Made by a program: the position numbers and the translations under genes. The notes beneath the pieces are model-generated. The model was not told where the DNA came from. It saw only the letters and a program-made list of their open reading frames with translations, and made no database searches. A stretch of 50,648 nt of DNA, the filler included, from a bacterium (GTDB taxonomy: Bacteria; UBA9089; CG2-30-40-21; SBAY01), in NCBI GenBank assembly GCA_040757115.1. It is 3 parts of 3 records of this genome, joined end to end, with 100 filler letters (N's around TTAATTAATTAA, not from the genome) between each part and the next. Parts side by side here need not be neighbours in the genome. Positions count along the whole stretch, not along the records: positions 17,033 to 33,804 come from JBFLYA010000076.1; positions 33,905 to 50,648 come from JBFLYA010000077.1; 1 more part is not named here. One strand, given 5' to 3'. Shown here piece after piece: positions 29,540 to 38,164 of the stretch (the first letter of the stretch is position 1; each line of letters opens with the position of its first letter).

Positions 29540-29674
29540 CTACGACTTAGAGTTGACCTTACATCCATTCTTGCACCGACACGGCTTAGTTTTAATAGTC
29601 TTATTGCACCACAAAGCAGTCTCCTCAAATATTTTTTCTGAAATAATTTGAGGCGTTTCATATTGCCGTTTCAT
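29540..29674 (-). CDS. Putative RiPP precursor peptide, 44 aa (absent from the ORF track)
   Basis: MKRQYETPQIISEKIFEETALWCNKTIKTKPCRCKNGCKVNSKS*. RBS AAGGAGGTGA 6 nt upstream; start overlaps the end of the rSAM gene; YxxP leader motif; 4 Cys. Confidence 0.88.
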   Translation of the reverse strand: MKRQYETPQIISEKIFEETALWCNKTIKTKPCRCKNGCKVNSKS

Positions 29675-30731
29675 TTCTTATCACCTCCTTTCTCATTTCA
29701 GCTATCTCCTTGTCGTAAGGAGAACAGGCTAATAATCCATATCCTTCCAAAAATGTAGCTCCCATACATTTCCCACACAGATTAGCAATATCACAATTGT
29801 AACATTCTTCATCAATAGCACGCAAGTTTCTTATTTCAAAAAGTTTTTCTGATGTCCACCAGATATTATGAAATGTATCCTTTCTTAGATCTCCTACTTC
29901 TACCGGCATCCCTATACAAGGGAAAACTTTTCCAATTGGAGAAATTGCACATTGAATCGTTCCTGTTCCACAAAATTCTCGATATGGTCTTTCTTTAATA
30001 CTTTCCTTTTCTTCTCTTGGTATACACGCTTTTTCTTCTATCCATATACCAGTTCCCCTTTCTTTCTCATACACATTTTTAAGAAAAACAAATAATTCTG
30101 ACCTATTAAGTCTATACTTTGCGGGTTCAGAATCCCCATCATTTTTATAAGTGATATATACATCTGGCCTGGTTAATATTCCTAATTTTTCCCCCATTTC
30201 TTTTATTAATTTATATTCTTTAAAATTCTGCTTCATATATATAGTTTTTAAGATAACCTTTATTCCACTATCTTTCAATAATCTAATAGCATTCATAGTT
30301 TTTTCAAACGAACCATTTGTTCTTGTAATTTTATCATGAGTTAACGCTGTAGCCCCATAGAGACTAATTTCTACTGAAGAAACATGCAGTTCTTTTATCT
30401 TTCTTACTATTTCTGAATCTATTAAGGTTCCATTAGTATATAGAATAACATCAAACATATTTTCTCTCGCATAACTTATTATGGTAAATAAATCTTTTCT
30501 TAAAAAAAATTCACCGCCGGTAAATGTAATGGTAAACACTTTTTCTCCCGCCAGTTGGTCTATAATATTTTTAATCTCTTCTGTAGAAAGTTCCTCTTCT
30601 GGAGATTGAGAATATTTTACTACATAACAATGGATACATTTCAAATTACACCAACAAGTAAGTTCAATTGCTGCTGTAAGTGGAAAGCCCTTTTCCATAT
30701 ATTTTTTTGCTAATTCATCTTCAAGACCCAT
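29658..30731 (-). CDS. Radical SAM/SPASM peptide maturase
   Basis: CNLKCIHC, FTGGE, TNGT; SPASM cysteines CGTG...VFPC...CYNCDIANLCGKC...C. Confidence 0.93.
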   Translation of the reverse strand: MGLEDELAKKYMEKGFPLTAAIELTCWCNLKCIHCYVVKYSQSPEEELSTEEIKNIIDQLAGEKVFTITFTGGEFFLRKDLFTIISYARENMFDVILYTNGTLIDSEIVRKIKELHVSSVEISLYGATALTHDKITRTNGSFEKTMNAIRLLKDSGIKVILKTIYMKQNFKEYKLIKEMGEKLGILTRPDVYITYKNDGDSEPAKYRLNRSELFVFLKNVYEKERGTGIWIEEKACIPREEKESIKERPYREFCGTGTIQCAISPIGKVFPCIGMPVEVGDLRKDTFHNIWWTSEKLFEIRNLRAIDEECYNCDIANLCGKCMGATFLEGYGLLACSPYDKEIAEMRKEVIRNETAI

Positions 30732-30761
30732 TTGAAATCACCTCACTTTATCCAAGAAGAT

Positions 30762-31037
30762 TCAAATCATCTCTAAAACTATTAGTTTCTTATTGCATAA
30801 TTCTTTTACAAAGTCACAAACTTCTTTTTTAGCCACATCCTCTTCAACATTATACTCATTACAAATGATGTAAATAATCTCTTTGATAGTCATTTTCCCA
30901 TCTGCAAGTTCCCATATTCTAGTTCCTACTTCATTTAAGGAATGTAGAATTCCTTCTTCTGGAGACAAAATCGTGGCATTATTGTCAATTATCCTAAATG
31001 CTGTATTCATACTTCTAACTACATAACTATTGATCAT
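30762..31037 (-). CDS. PqqD-family RiPP recognition element
   Basis: 91 aa, LNEVGTRIWELADG, EYNV, F..EL. Confidence 0.92.
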   Translation of the reverse strand: MINSYVVRSMNTAFRIIDNNATILSPEEGILHSLNEVGTRIWELADGKMTIKEIIYIICNEYNVEEDVAKKEVCDFVKELCNKKLIVLEMI

Positions 31038-31878
31038 TTTTTATACACCTCCAAAAAGATTTATTAGGTAAGAAATGTAGTTCATAACAGGGAATTTTTT
31101 CTACCAAATTACAGCATAAAGTAAACAATTTGTTACTTATCTCACTTCTATGAGAAAAAAATATGATATTTGGCATAATTTCTACTACAGCCTTATATGG
31201 AGATAATTTTTTTAGATATACATCTTTATCTTTTTTTAATAGGAAAATTTTCTTAATCTCCGAAGAAATGTTAACATTATTCCCTTCCTCCCATAACATC
31301 CCCCAAAATGGAACTCCAAATATTTTATATCTTCTATTAATGTTGCGAATAAGAGTTATTTCATCGGTCAACAAAATTGTATCATCTTTTAATAAGTTAG
31401 CTATTGTTGACTTTCCTGCTTCAGAGGGGCCACAAAATACAAATCCTTCCTTGGAATCAATTACACTTGATGCATGTAACAAGATTCCTTCATAATATTT
31501 TGGGAATAACCAACCAGCACACATCCGTAAGAAATTTTCTACTCCCTCTATCTCTATTTCCTGAAGTTTTAATTCTCCTTCATTTCTTCTAAAATCTATT
31601 ATTCCTGAAAAATCCCACCTAAAAACGAAAATTTTGTCTTTTTTAGAGATAATTTTCAATTCCCGAAGTTCCTTCAATTTAATGTTCTTTTTAACTTGTA
31701 CATCTATTATAAAATTAGGTTCTTTCATTGATAAAAAAGTATTATATTTTCTTTTAATTAAATCCATCAACTCATAATTATCACCTCTAAAAACAAAACA
31801 TATTTCTCCAATTTCTATAGTTACCTTATTATAACCACAAATTTCATTTTGAAGTTTATAACTCTTCACTTCTTGCAT
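31027..31878 (-). CDS. HPr-kinase-like P-loop protein
   Basis: LLHASSV, GPSEAGKST, TDE, G.PFWG, C-terminal PCYEL.F. Confidence 0.82.
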   Translation of the reverse strand: MQEVKSYKLQNEICGYNKVTIEIGEICFVFRGDNYELMDLIKRKYNTFLSMKEPNFIIDVQVKKNIKLKELRELKIISKKDKIFVFRWDFSGIIDFRRNEGELKLQEIEIEGVENFLRMCAGWLFPKYYEGILLHASSVIDSKEGFVFCGPSEAGKSTIANLLKDDTILLTDEITLIRNINRRYKIFGVPFWGMLWEEGNNVNISSEIKKIFLLKKDKDVYLKKLSPYKAVVEIMPNIIFFSHRSEISNKLFTLCCNLVEKIPCYELHFLPNKSFWRCIKNDQ

Positions 31879-31901
31879 TTATGACCTTCCTTTCTCCTTA
31901 A

Positions 31902-32999
31902 CTATATTTTCATCTCATAGATTCGGTATCTTTTATATAACTTACCTCCCATTTTCTCTGCTGCTCTTTGGGTTAATATATTATCCTCCAGGATCCATGA
32001 AAACTCACATTGCTGATAACCTTTTTTTAAGGCTATTTTTAACGATTCTAAGTAGAGCAACGCCTCAAATCCTCTTCTTCTATATTCGGGTTTAACTCCC
32101 ATAGCTATCACACGCAAACTCTTAATCTTTCGGAGTCGCCATAATAATTTTATTGTATCCCACCAGTGTTTATTCAAATTTCTTAACGCCTCGTTATAAT
32201 TAGGCAAAGTCATAACAAATCCTGCAAAATTGCCTTTCACTTCTAAAATAAGTAGTAACTCTGGAACAAGTAAAGATTTTAATCGTTTTGCCATATACAT
32301 AATCTCTTCATCTGTCATTGGGACGAAACCCCAGTTGTCACGCCAACTGGTATTATAAATCTCTTTAATTATATTTATCTCTTGCGCAAAATTTTTCAAG
32401 TTTATCGGTCTAACCCGAGCTCTTTGTTTTTCCACTCTCTTAGATATTTTCTCCATATTTCCAATCTGTGCTGGTGTAATTTCAAAAAGATAGGCATATA
32501 AATCTTTACACTTTTCTAACCCATATTTTTCTATGTAGTCAATATAATACCGAGGATTATATGGCATCATTAAAAATGGTGGGGAATCAAAACCTTCAAC
32601 TAAAAAACCACATTCATCATTCATAGATGGATTTACCGGTCCTCGGATTATCTCAATATCTTTTTCTCTTAACCAATCACAAACTTCATCCAGCAACCTT
32701 TTAGCAAAAGCATAATCCCTTGAACACTCAAAAAAACCGAAGAAGCCACATTTTTCATTATGAAAACTGATATGATTATAATCAATAATTCCAGCAATCC
32801 GTCCTACTATTTTCTCTTTTTTTCTTAGTAAAAAGAGCATTCTTTCGGCATGATTCCACAAAGGATTCTTATTTCCAAGGATAAATTTGTACTCCTTAAT
32901 TTGAGGAGGAATCCAGTTCATATCACCTTTATAGACTCTCCAAGGAAACCTTACAAAATCAGTTAGGGATCTATCTTCCTTTACTACTTCAATATTCAT
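31902..32999 (-). CDS. Tandem-GNAT acyltransferase, bacterial ceramide synthase (bCerS/YghO)-like
   Basis: FP..VY....WIPP, GRI, GFFGFFEC, IRGP, G.LVEGF, MPYNP.YY, NWGFVP, SWILEDN; directly downstream of an SPT-like gene. Confidence 0.75.
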   Translation of the reverse strand: MNIEVVKEDRSLTDFVRFPWRVYKGDMNWIPPQIKEYKFILGNKNPLWNHAERMLFLLRKKEKIVGRIAGIIDYNHISFHNEKCGFFGFFECSRDYAFAKRLLDEVCDWLREKDIEIIRGPVNPSMNDECGFLVEGFDSPPFLMMPYNPRYYIDYIEKYGLEKCKDLYAYLFEITPAQIGNMEKISKRVEKQRARVRPINLKNFAQEINIIKEIYNTSWRDNWGFVPMTDEEIMYMAKRLKSLLVPELLLILEVKGNFAGFVMTLPNYNEALRNLNKHWWDTIKLLWRLRKIKSLRVIAMGVKPEYRRRGFEALLYLESLKIALKKGYQQCEFSWILEDNILTQRAAEKMGGKLYKRYRIYEMKI

Positions 33000-33015
33000 A
33001 TCAACTTGTATTTTT

Positions 33016-33678
33016 TTATCCTGGGATTAAATTTAATTTCTTTCCTACAGATTCGAATATTTCAAGAGCCTTATCTAACTGTTCATCTGTATGAGTAGCC
33101 ATATAAGTAGTTCGAATACGCGATTGCTCTTTGGGTACTGCTGGAGTAATAACTGGATTAGTAAAAATACCATTATCAAAGAGCAATTTCCACATTTGAA
33201 AAACTTGAAAATTATCACCAATAATAATAGGAATGATTGGAGTTTCACTCTTTCCGATATTAAATCCTAAAGTTTTAAGTTCTCTTCGCATCTTGTTCAC
33301 ATTCTCCCAAAGTCTCTGTCGTCTTTCTGGCTCCTTCTCGATAATTTCTATTGCTGTACTAATTGAAGCTGCCAAAGATGGAGGTAAACTTGCACTAAAC
33401 ATTAAACTTCTAGCATGATGTTTCAAATAATGAATTACTTCTTCATCTCCAGCAATAAATCCTCCTATTGAAGCCAATGATTTGCTACAAGTACCCATAA
33501 CTAAATCAACTTCATCTTCTAGCCTAAAATGTTCTAAAGTCCCTCTGCCATCCCTTCCTAAGATACCTGTACCATGGGCATCATCAATCATAATGCGGCC
33601 ATTATACTTTTTAACCAGGTGAACCAATTCAGGAAGTTTAACAATATCTCCTTCCATACTAAAAACTCCTTCACTCAC
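33016..33678 (-). pseudogene. C-terminal part of a serine palmitoyltransferase-like alpha-oxoamine synthase, cut by an IS
   Basis: EGVFSMEGD, DDAHG, MGTCSKSLASIGGF (PLP Lys), MATHT; similarity stops at the IS end at 33679. Confidence 0.8.
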
Positions 33679-33804
33679 TGTTAATGGCAAACCAAAATTG
33701 ACCCACTTTTGGCAATGGAAATTGACCCACCCATGTAAAAAAATCAGATCAAAAATGAACAAATTTGGCAATGAGAATTGACCCACCCCCGGATATAAAG
33801 ATTG
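33679..33804. mobile_element. IS21-family end
   Basis: Begins TGTTAATGGC; three subterminal repeats GGCAA-n-AATTGACCCAC at 33686, 33711 and 33767; runs into the contig end. Confidence 0.8.
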
Positions 33805-33904
33805 NNNNNNNNNNNNNNNNNNNNNNNNNNNNNNNNNNNNNNNNNNNNTTAATTAATTAANNNNNNNNNNNNNNNNNNNNNNNNNNNNNNNNNNNNNNNN
33901 NNNN
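33805..33904. other. Artificial contig linker
   Basis: N-run containing TTAATTAATTAA, 100 nt. Confidence 0.97.
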
Positions 33905-33905
33905 T

Positions 33906-34025
33906 GGGATAGTGGAATGGGATTGCCGTAATTCTGCTGGTGAGAAGGTTGCCTCTGGAATCTATATTTATTTCATCCGTGACGATATAAGTTCAAAGAC
34001 AGGTAAACTGGGAGTGATGCGATAA
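33906..34025 (+). CDS. 3' end of a protein with an FlgD-Ig/T9SS-like C-terminal sorting domain (partial)
   Basis: IVEWDCRNSAGEKVASGIYIYFIRDDISSKTGKLGVMR*. Confidence 0.75.
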   Translation, partial: GIVEWDCRNSAGEKVASGIYIYFIRDDISSKTGKLGVMR

Positions 34026-34060
34026 ACTAATTAGTGGATTAAAGAGCACGAAGAAAACAC

Positions 34061-34279
34061 GTAACCGTTCAGGTGGTAACTTACCGCAGAGACGCAGAGG
34101 AACAGAGAAGACATAGAAATAGAGTAACTCTTCAGCCACTGATTGACACGGATTAGCACGGATAAATAGCAGAGGACAGAGGGCAGAAGGAGGAAAAAAC
34201 CTTCAGCCTAATTACGGACACGGAAAACGGACACGATTTACGAATTTTCAGTGTTTCATCTGTGTCCATCTGTGGCTGA
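34061..34279. mobile_element. Truncated nested GTAAC element
   Basis: Close copy of much of 7727-8030; right end lost and overlapped by the prmC stop. Confidence 0.75.
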
Positions 34280-35149
34280 GGGGGTGTTTTTCTTTACTGC
34301 CAAGATTACCCTTTTAATCTGTGCATAATCTTTAACTGTCTTTATCTCGCTAAATTTTTCAGTTTGTCTGATTTTATCACTTATTATCTCCGCCTGGTCA
34401 TATCCAACCTCTAATCCTAAACAGCCACCCTCTTTTAAATAATTTAAAGAATCGTTGATTATCTTATCATAAAAGTTTATGCCATCTTTTCCGCCGTCTA
34501 AAGCAATTTCTGGTTCAAATCGGACATCCATCGGAAGAGATTTCAGTTCTGAAGTTGAAACATAAGGTGGATTAGAAATGATAAAATCTACCTTCTGGTC
34601 TAAATTAAACTTTTTCAAAGAGTTGAGCAAGTCTCCTTTTAAAAAGGTAATTTTATCTTTGACCTTTAATCTATGGGCATTCGTTCGGGCTATTTTTAAT
34701 GCTGATGAAGAAATATCCAGGGCGTAAACCACTGCGTTCAATGACAGTGCCAGGCTAATGGCTATTACCCCACTGCCTGTGCCAATATCCACAATGAGTG
34801 GAGGAGATTTAAGTTTTTTTCCAATATTTATTATCTCTTCAACTAAAATTTCTGTTTCTGGTCTTGGGATTAAAACATTTTCATTGACCATAAATTCCCA
34901 GTTCATAAATTCTTTTTTGCAAAGGATATAGGCAATGGGTTTATAAGATGCCCTTCGCTTAAGTAATTTCCAATAACGCTCTAATTTATTTTTAGTTAAG
35001 GGAATTTTATCATTCAAATAAAGGTTAATTCGCTCATCGCCGATTAAATTACTCAACAAGATTTCAGCATCAGTTTTTGCGGTAGGGATATTATTATCTT
35101 CGAGATATTTAGTTGCTTGAAGTAATAATTCTCTCATTTGCACCGTCAT
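34256..35149 (-). CDS. prmC: Release factor glutamine methyltransferase
   Basis: LIPRPETE, DIGTGSG, SNPPY; follows prfA. Confidence 0.96.
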   Translation of the reverse strand: MTVQMRELLLQATKYLEDNNIPTAKTDAEILLSNLIGDERINLYLNDKIPLTKNKLERYWKLLKRRASYKPIAYILCKKEFMNWEFMVNENVLIPRPETEILVEEIINIGKKLKSPPLIVDIGTGSGVIAISLALSLNAVVYALDISSSALKIARTNAHRLKVKDKITFLKGDLLNSLKKFNLDQKVDFIISNPPYVSTSELKSLPMDVRFEPEIALDGGKDGINFYDKIINDSLNYLKEGGCLGLEVGYDQAEIISDKIRQTEKFSEIKTVKDYAQIKRVILAVKKNTPSATDGHR

Positions 35150-35217
35150 AATTTTTCTTTCATAATTTCAATAATTTAAGCAATCCACCCCATTTTTTAT
35201 CCATTTTAAAATACCAG

Positions 35218-36279
35218 TTACTTATTTTTAGTTTTCAGCTCTTTTGAAGCAGAGATTAATGCAAAGACAAGTTCGTCTAAATCGCCATCCATAATAGTTT
35301 CAAGTCTGTGCAGACTTAAGCCAATGCGGTGGTCTGTAACGCGGTTTTGTGGGTAATTATAAGTTCTTATCTTTTCGCTTCTATCACCAGAGCCAACCTG
35401 AGATTTTCGTTCTTGAGATTGTTCTTTTCTTGCTTTTTCCTCTGCCTGGGCTAATAATTCAGCCCTCAAGACACGCATTGCTTTTGCCTTATTTTTATGT
35501 TGTGAGCGTTCATCCTGGCAGGTAACGACAAAACCTGTTGGTAGGTGTGTAATTCTAACTGCAGAATCTGTAACATTGACATGTTGTCCGCCAGGCCCAC
35601 TTGACCTGAAGGTATCAATTCTCAAATCTTCTGGTGAAATTTCTATATCTACTTCTTCAGGCTCTTTCAGGACGGCGACGGTCACGGCTGAGGTATGAAT
35701 TCTGCCACTGGCTTCTGTTACCGGAACCCGTTGGACTCGATGGGTGCCACTTTCAAATTTAAGTTTTTTGTATGCCTCATCGCCTTCCACACCAAAGATG
35801 ATTTCTTTAAATCCCCCGATACCAGTAGGATGAGAATTGAATATCTCTAATTTCCAGCCCTGTGAAATAATATATTTACTATACATTCTAAATAAATCAG
35901 CTACAAATAACCCGGATTCCTCTCCACCTGTGCCGGCACGGATTTCCATAATTATATTTCTATCTTCTTCTTCCTCATCTTTAGGGGCTAATAAATCTGT
36001 TAGTTTTTTTGCGATGGATTCTTTTTTTACTTGCAGGTTATTCAATTCTTCTTCTGCTATCTCTTTTAATTCTGGCTCAAGTGCCTCATTTAACATTACT
36101 GATAGTTTTGCTATTTCTTCTTCTACTGTTTTATATTCTCGAAATTTAAGCACAAAAGGTTCTATTTTCGCCCTTTTTTTCATAATTTCTTGATATAAAG
36201 AGAGGTTGGTTACATTTTCTTCTATCTGAGAGGTTAATTTTTCATATTCGGTTTCTAACTCTTTTAACTTTTCAAACAT
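35218..36279 (-). CDS. prfA: Peptide chain release factor 1
   Basis: GGQ motif, PVT discriminator, [11 protein letters not shown]. Confidence 0.97.
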   Translation of the reverse strand: MFEKLKELETEYEKLTSQIEENVTNLSLYQEIMKKRAKIEPFVLKFREYKTVEEEIAKLSVMLNEALEPELKEIAEEELNNLQVKKESIAKKLTDLLAPKDEEEEDRNIIMEIRAGTGGEESGLFVADLFRMYSKYIISQGWKLEIFNSHPTGIGGFKEIIFGVEGDEAYKKLKFESGTHRVQRVPVTEASGRIHTSAVTVAVLKEPEEVDIEISPEDLRIDTFRSSGPGGQHVNVTDSAVRITHLPTGFVVTCQDERSQHKNKAKAMRVLRAELLAQAEEKARKEQSQERKSQVGSGDRSEKIRTYNYPQNRVTDHRIGLSLHRLETIMDGDLDELVFALISASKELKTKNK

Positions 36280-36303
36280 AATTCATCCTTTTATTAAATC
36301 TCA

Positions 36304-36642
36304 TCATTCAAGACGATTTACACGAATGAGTTGACCAGAAATTTGGTGTTGTGAATTAATGGCTTTGTGGATTCGACGAGCCTGACCTACAAAATCAATA
36401 TCAAAACTACACGCAATTATGCCTGCATGATTTGGTTGTCCATTGTGCAAACGAATAAAATGTTTACGGTTTAGGGTTAAGAGAATTCGGTTTTCATCTC
36501 TGGCAAAAGTCAATACATCTTTATCTGGTATGGATTGTCCTGCTTTACCCGTTTCATAAATAGTGATAACATCGTGCCCTAATTGTCGGAGTTCTTCAAC
36601 AACAGGCAAAGGGAAGTTCTCATTAGCATACAATCGTGCCAT
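36304..36642 (-). CDS. PIN-like (DUF5615/Mut7-C-like) toxin
   Basis: LYANEN, GHDV, D..VL..A....RILLT, HAGII. Confidence 0.85.
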   Translation of the reverse strand: MARLYANENFPLPVVEELRQLGHDVITIYETGKAGQSIPDKDVLTFARDENRILLTLNRKHFIRLHNGQPNHAGIIACSFDIDFVGQARRIHKAINSQHQISGQLIRVNRLE

Positions 36643-36648
36643 TTTCCT

Positions 36649-36978
36649 CTAAGCCTCCTCGTTCTCACGAATTTGTTGTTCGATTTCATCCCGATGAGAG
36701 CGAAAATATGCCCAGGCATTAGCTAAATCTTCGGCTCGTAAAGTTGGATAACACCTTAATAAATCTGATTCGGTTGCACCCAATCGCTTTGCTTGAACCA
36801 ATACCCATACTGGAATTCGAGTGCGAACGATACATGCCTCTCCACCACAAACATTTGGAGTGCTTTCAATATCAGGAAAGGCATCACCAATATCACACAC
36901 CACCCATTGAAGCACCTGAGCCTTTTCTGCCCGTGTCATAGTGGATAACAATTTCTCTGCTTCCTGCAATGTAGTCAT
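36649..36978 (-). CDS. DUF433 antitoxin-like protein
   Basis: P.VCGG.ACI.RTRIPVW, YP.L..EDL..A. Confidence 0.88.
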   Translation of the reverse strand: MTTLQEAEKLLSTMTRAEKAQVLQWVVCDIGDAFPDIESTPNVCGGEACIVRTRIPVWVLVQAKRLGATESDLLRCYPTLRAEDLANAWAYFRSHRDEIEQQIRENEEA

Positions 36979-37688
36979 TTTTTATTATCACCTTTCCTTT
37001 GTTTTATATCGTCTAATACTTCCTCTCTCTTTGGTGGTTTTCCACAAGACATTTTATTTTCTGGACATGGACCTCGCCAGCATCCCGGGCCAGCATCTGA
37101 AAATAACACAGGAGCCACTTTTAATACTTCACTCAACATCTTATAAGCCATCCTGCGAATTTCCCATTGGGCGCGGTTACAACACCGTAACCTAAAGAAA
37201 TGAAGTAATTCTCTGGCATTCATCGTTACAATTATCTTTGTCTCGCAAGCCTCCGGGAAGACATATCGAGCATCTTCAACTGGAATTCCTGATTTTAACA
37301 GTTGTTTATAGGCATTTTTTGCCGTTTCCATCACTTCTATGAATAGCCTTTCTATGTCTTTGTTTTTCTGAATAGTATGTGGGGTTATATATTTTAACTC
37401 GTTATACTTGACATACCGCTGAGATTGTTGTGAATAGGAGGCAATTCGGTGTCTAACCAATTGATGGGTAGTTACTCGTGAAATTCCTTCTATGCCAAAG
37501 GTAAAGCTTATATGTTCAAAAGGTGAGTGATGTCCCATTACCATCAATTTATTGATAAAATCACTCACCTCTTTTTTCTTCATTTCCTTCCATAAATCAT
37601 CAATAGTCGATTCGGAATAACATAATTTAGCCGCCATAGCGACTAAAATTTCAGGATTGGGTGTATATTTAAGCAATTCTACCTTCAC
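36975..37688 (-). CDS. thyX: Flavin-dependent thymidylate synthase
   Basis: GH.SPFEH, QLVRHR.ASYSQQSQRYV, AQWEIR. Confidence 0.96.
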   Translation of the reverse strand: MKVELLKYTPNPEILVAMAAKLCYSESTIDDLWKEMKKKEVSDFINKLMVMGHHSPFEHISFTFGIEGISRVTTHQLVRHRIASYSQQSQRYVKYNELKYITPHTIQKNKDIERLFIEVMETAKNAYKQLLKSGIPVEDARYVFPEACETKIIVTMNARELLHFFRLRCCNRAQWEIRRMAYKMLSEVLKVAPVLFSDAGPGCWRGPCPENKMSCGKPPKREEVLDDIKQRKGDNKK

Positions 37689-37904
37689 TTATTTTTCCTC
37701 TTTTTCTTCTATTTTATATTTTTTGCGGAATCTTTCTACCCGACCTGCAGTATCTACTAATTTCTGTTTACCCGTAAAGAAAGGGTGGCAGTTAGAGCAA
37801 ATCTCAATCCGTAAATTAGGCACGGTTGAGCGAATCGGGAAAGCCGCTCCACAAGCACATCTAATAGTCGTTTCGACATAATTAGGATGGATGTCTTTTT
37901 TCAA
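37689..37904 (-). CDS. rpmE: 50S ribosomal protein L31 (Zn-binding type)
   Basis: [24 protein letters not shown]. Confidence 0.97.
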   Translation of the reverse strand: MKKDIHPNYVETTIRCACGAAFPIRSTVPNLRIEICSNCHPFFTGKQKLVDTAGRVERFRKKYKIEEKEEK

Positions 37905-37932
37905 TTTTCTTCACCTCCAGGAATATTTTCTA

Positions 37933-38110
37933 AACTTTGGCAAATTTGCAAACTTCTTTGAAAAACTTAACGTTGATAGTTGATAGTAGATAGTTTATAG
38001 TTGATAGTTGAAGGACTATACACTATACACTATAAACTATAAACGAGTTTTGCATTTTTAGTTTTAAATTTTAAGTTTTTTCCTGCCATCTCTTATTTTT
38101 TGCCAAAGTT
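37933..38110. mobile_element. Inverted-repeat element in the rpmE leader
   Basis: AACTTTGGCAAA..TTTGCCAAAGTT, flanked by GAATATTTTCTA / GAATATTTTATA (11 of 12 identical); heptamers inside. Confidence 0.7.
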
Positions 38111-38125
38111 GAATATTTTATAAAA

Positions 38126-38154
38126 ATTATACCACATCATTCTTCTTTTAGCAA
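38126..38154 (-). promoter_or_regulatory. Promoter for the rpmE operon
   Basis: TTGCTA-17-TATAAT. Confidence 0.55.
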
Positions 38155-38164
38155 GGGAAATGTT

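Noticed and set aside
27611-31878. Lasso peptide or PQQ cluster
   Set aside because: No asparagine-synthetase-like cyclase or transglutaminase-like protease, no pqqB/C, and the peptide lacks the ExxxY motif.
33679-33786. N-terminus of the 256-aa aminotransferase ORF
   Set aside because: Translated IS-end sequence.
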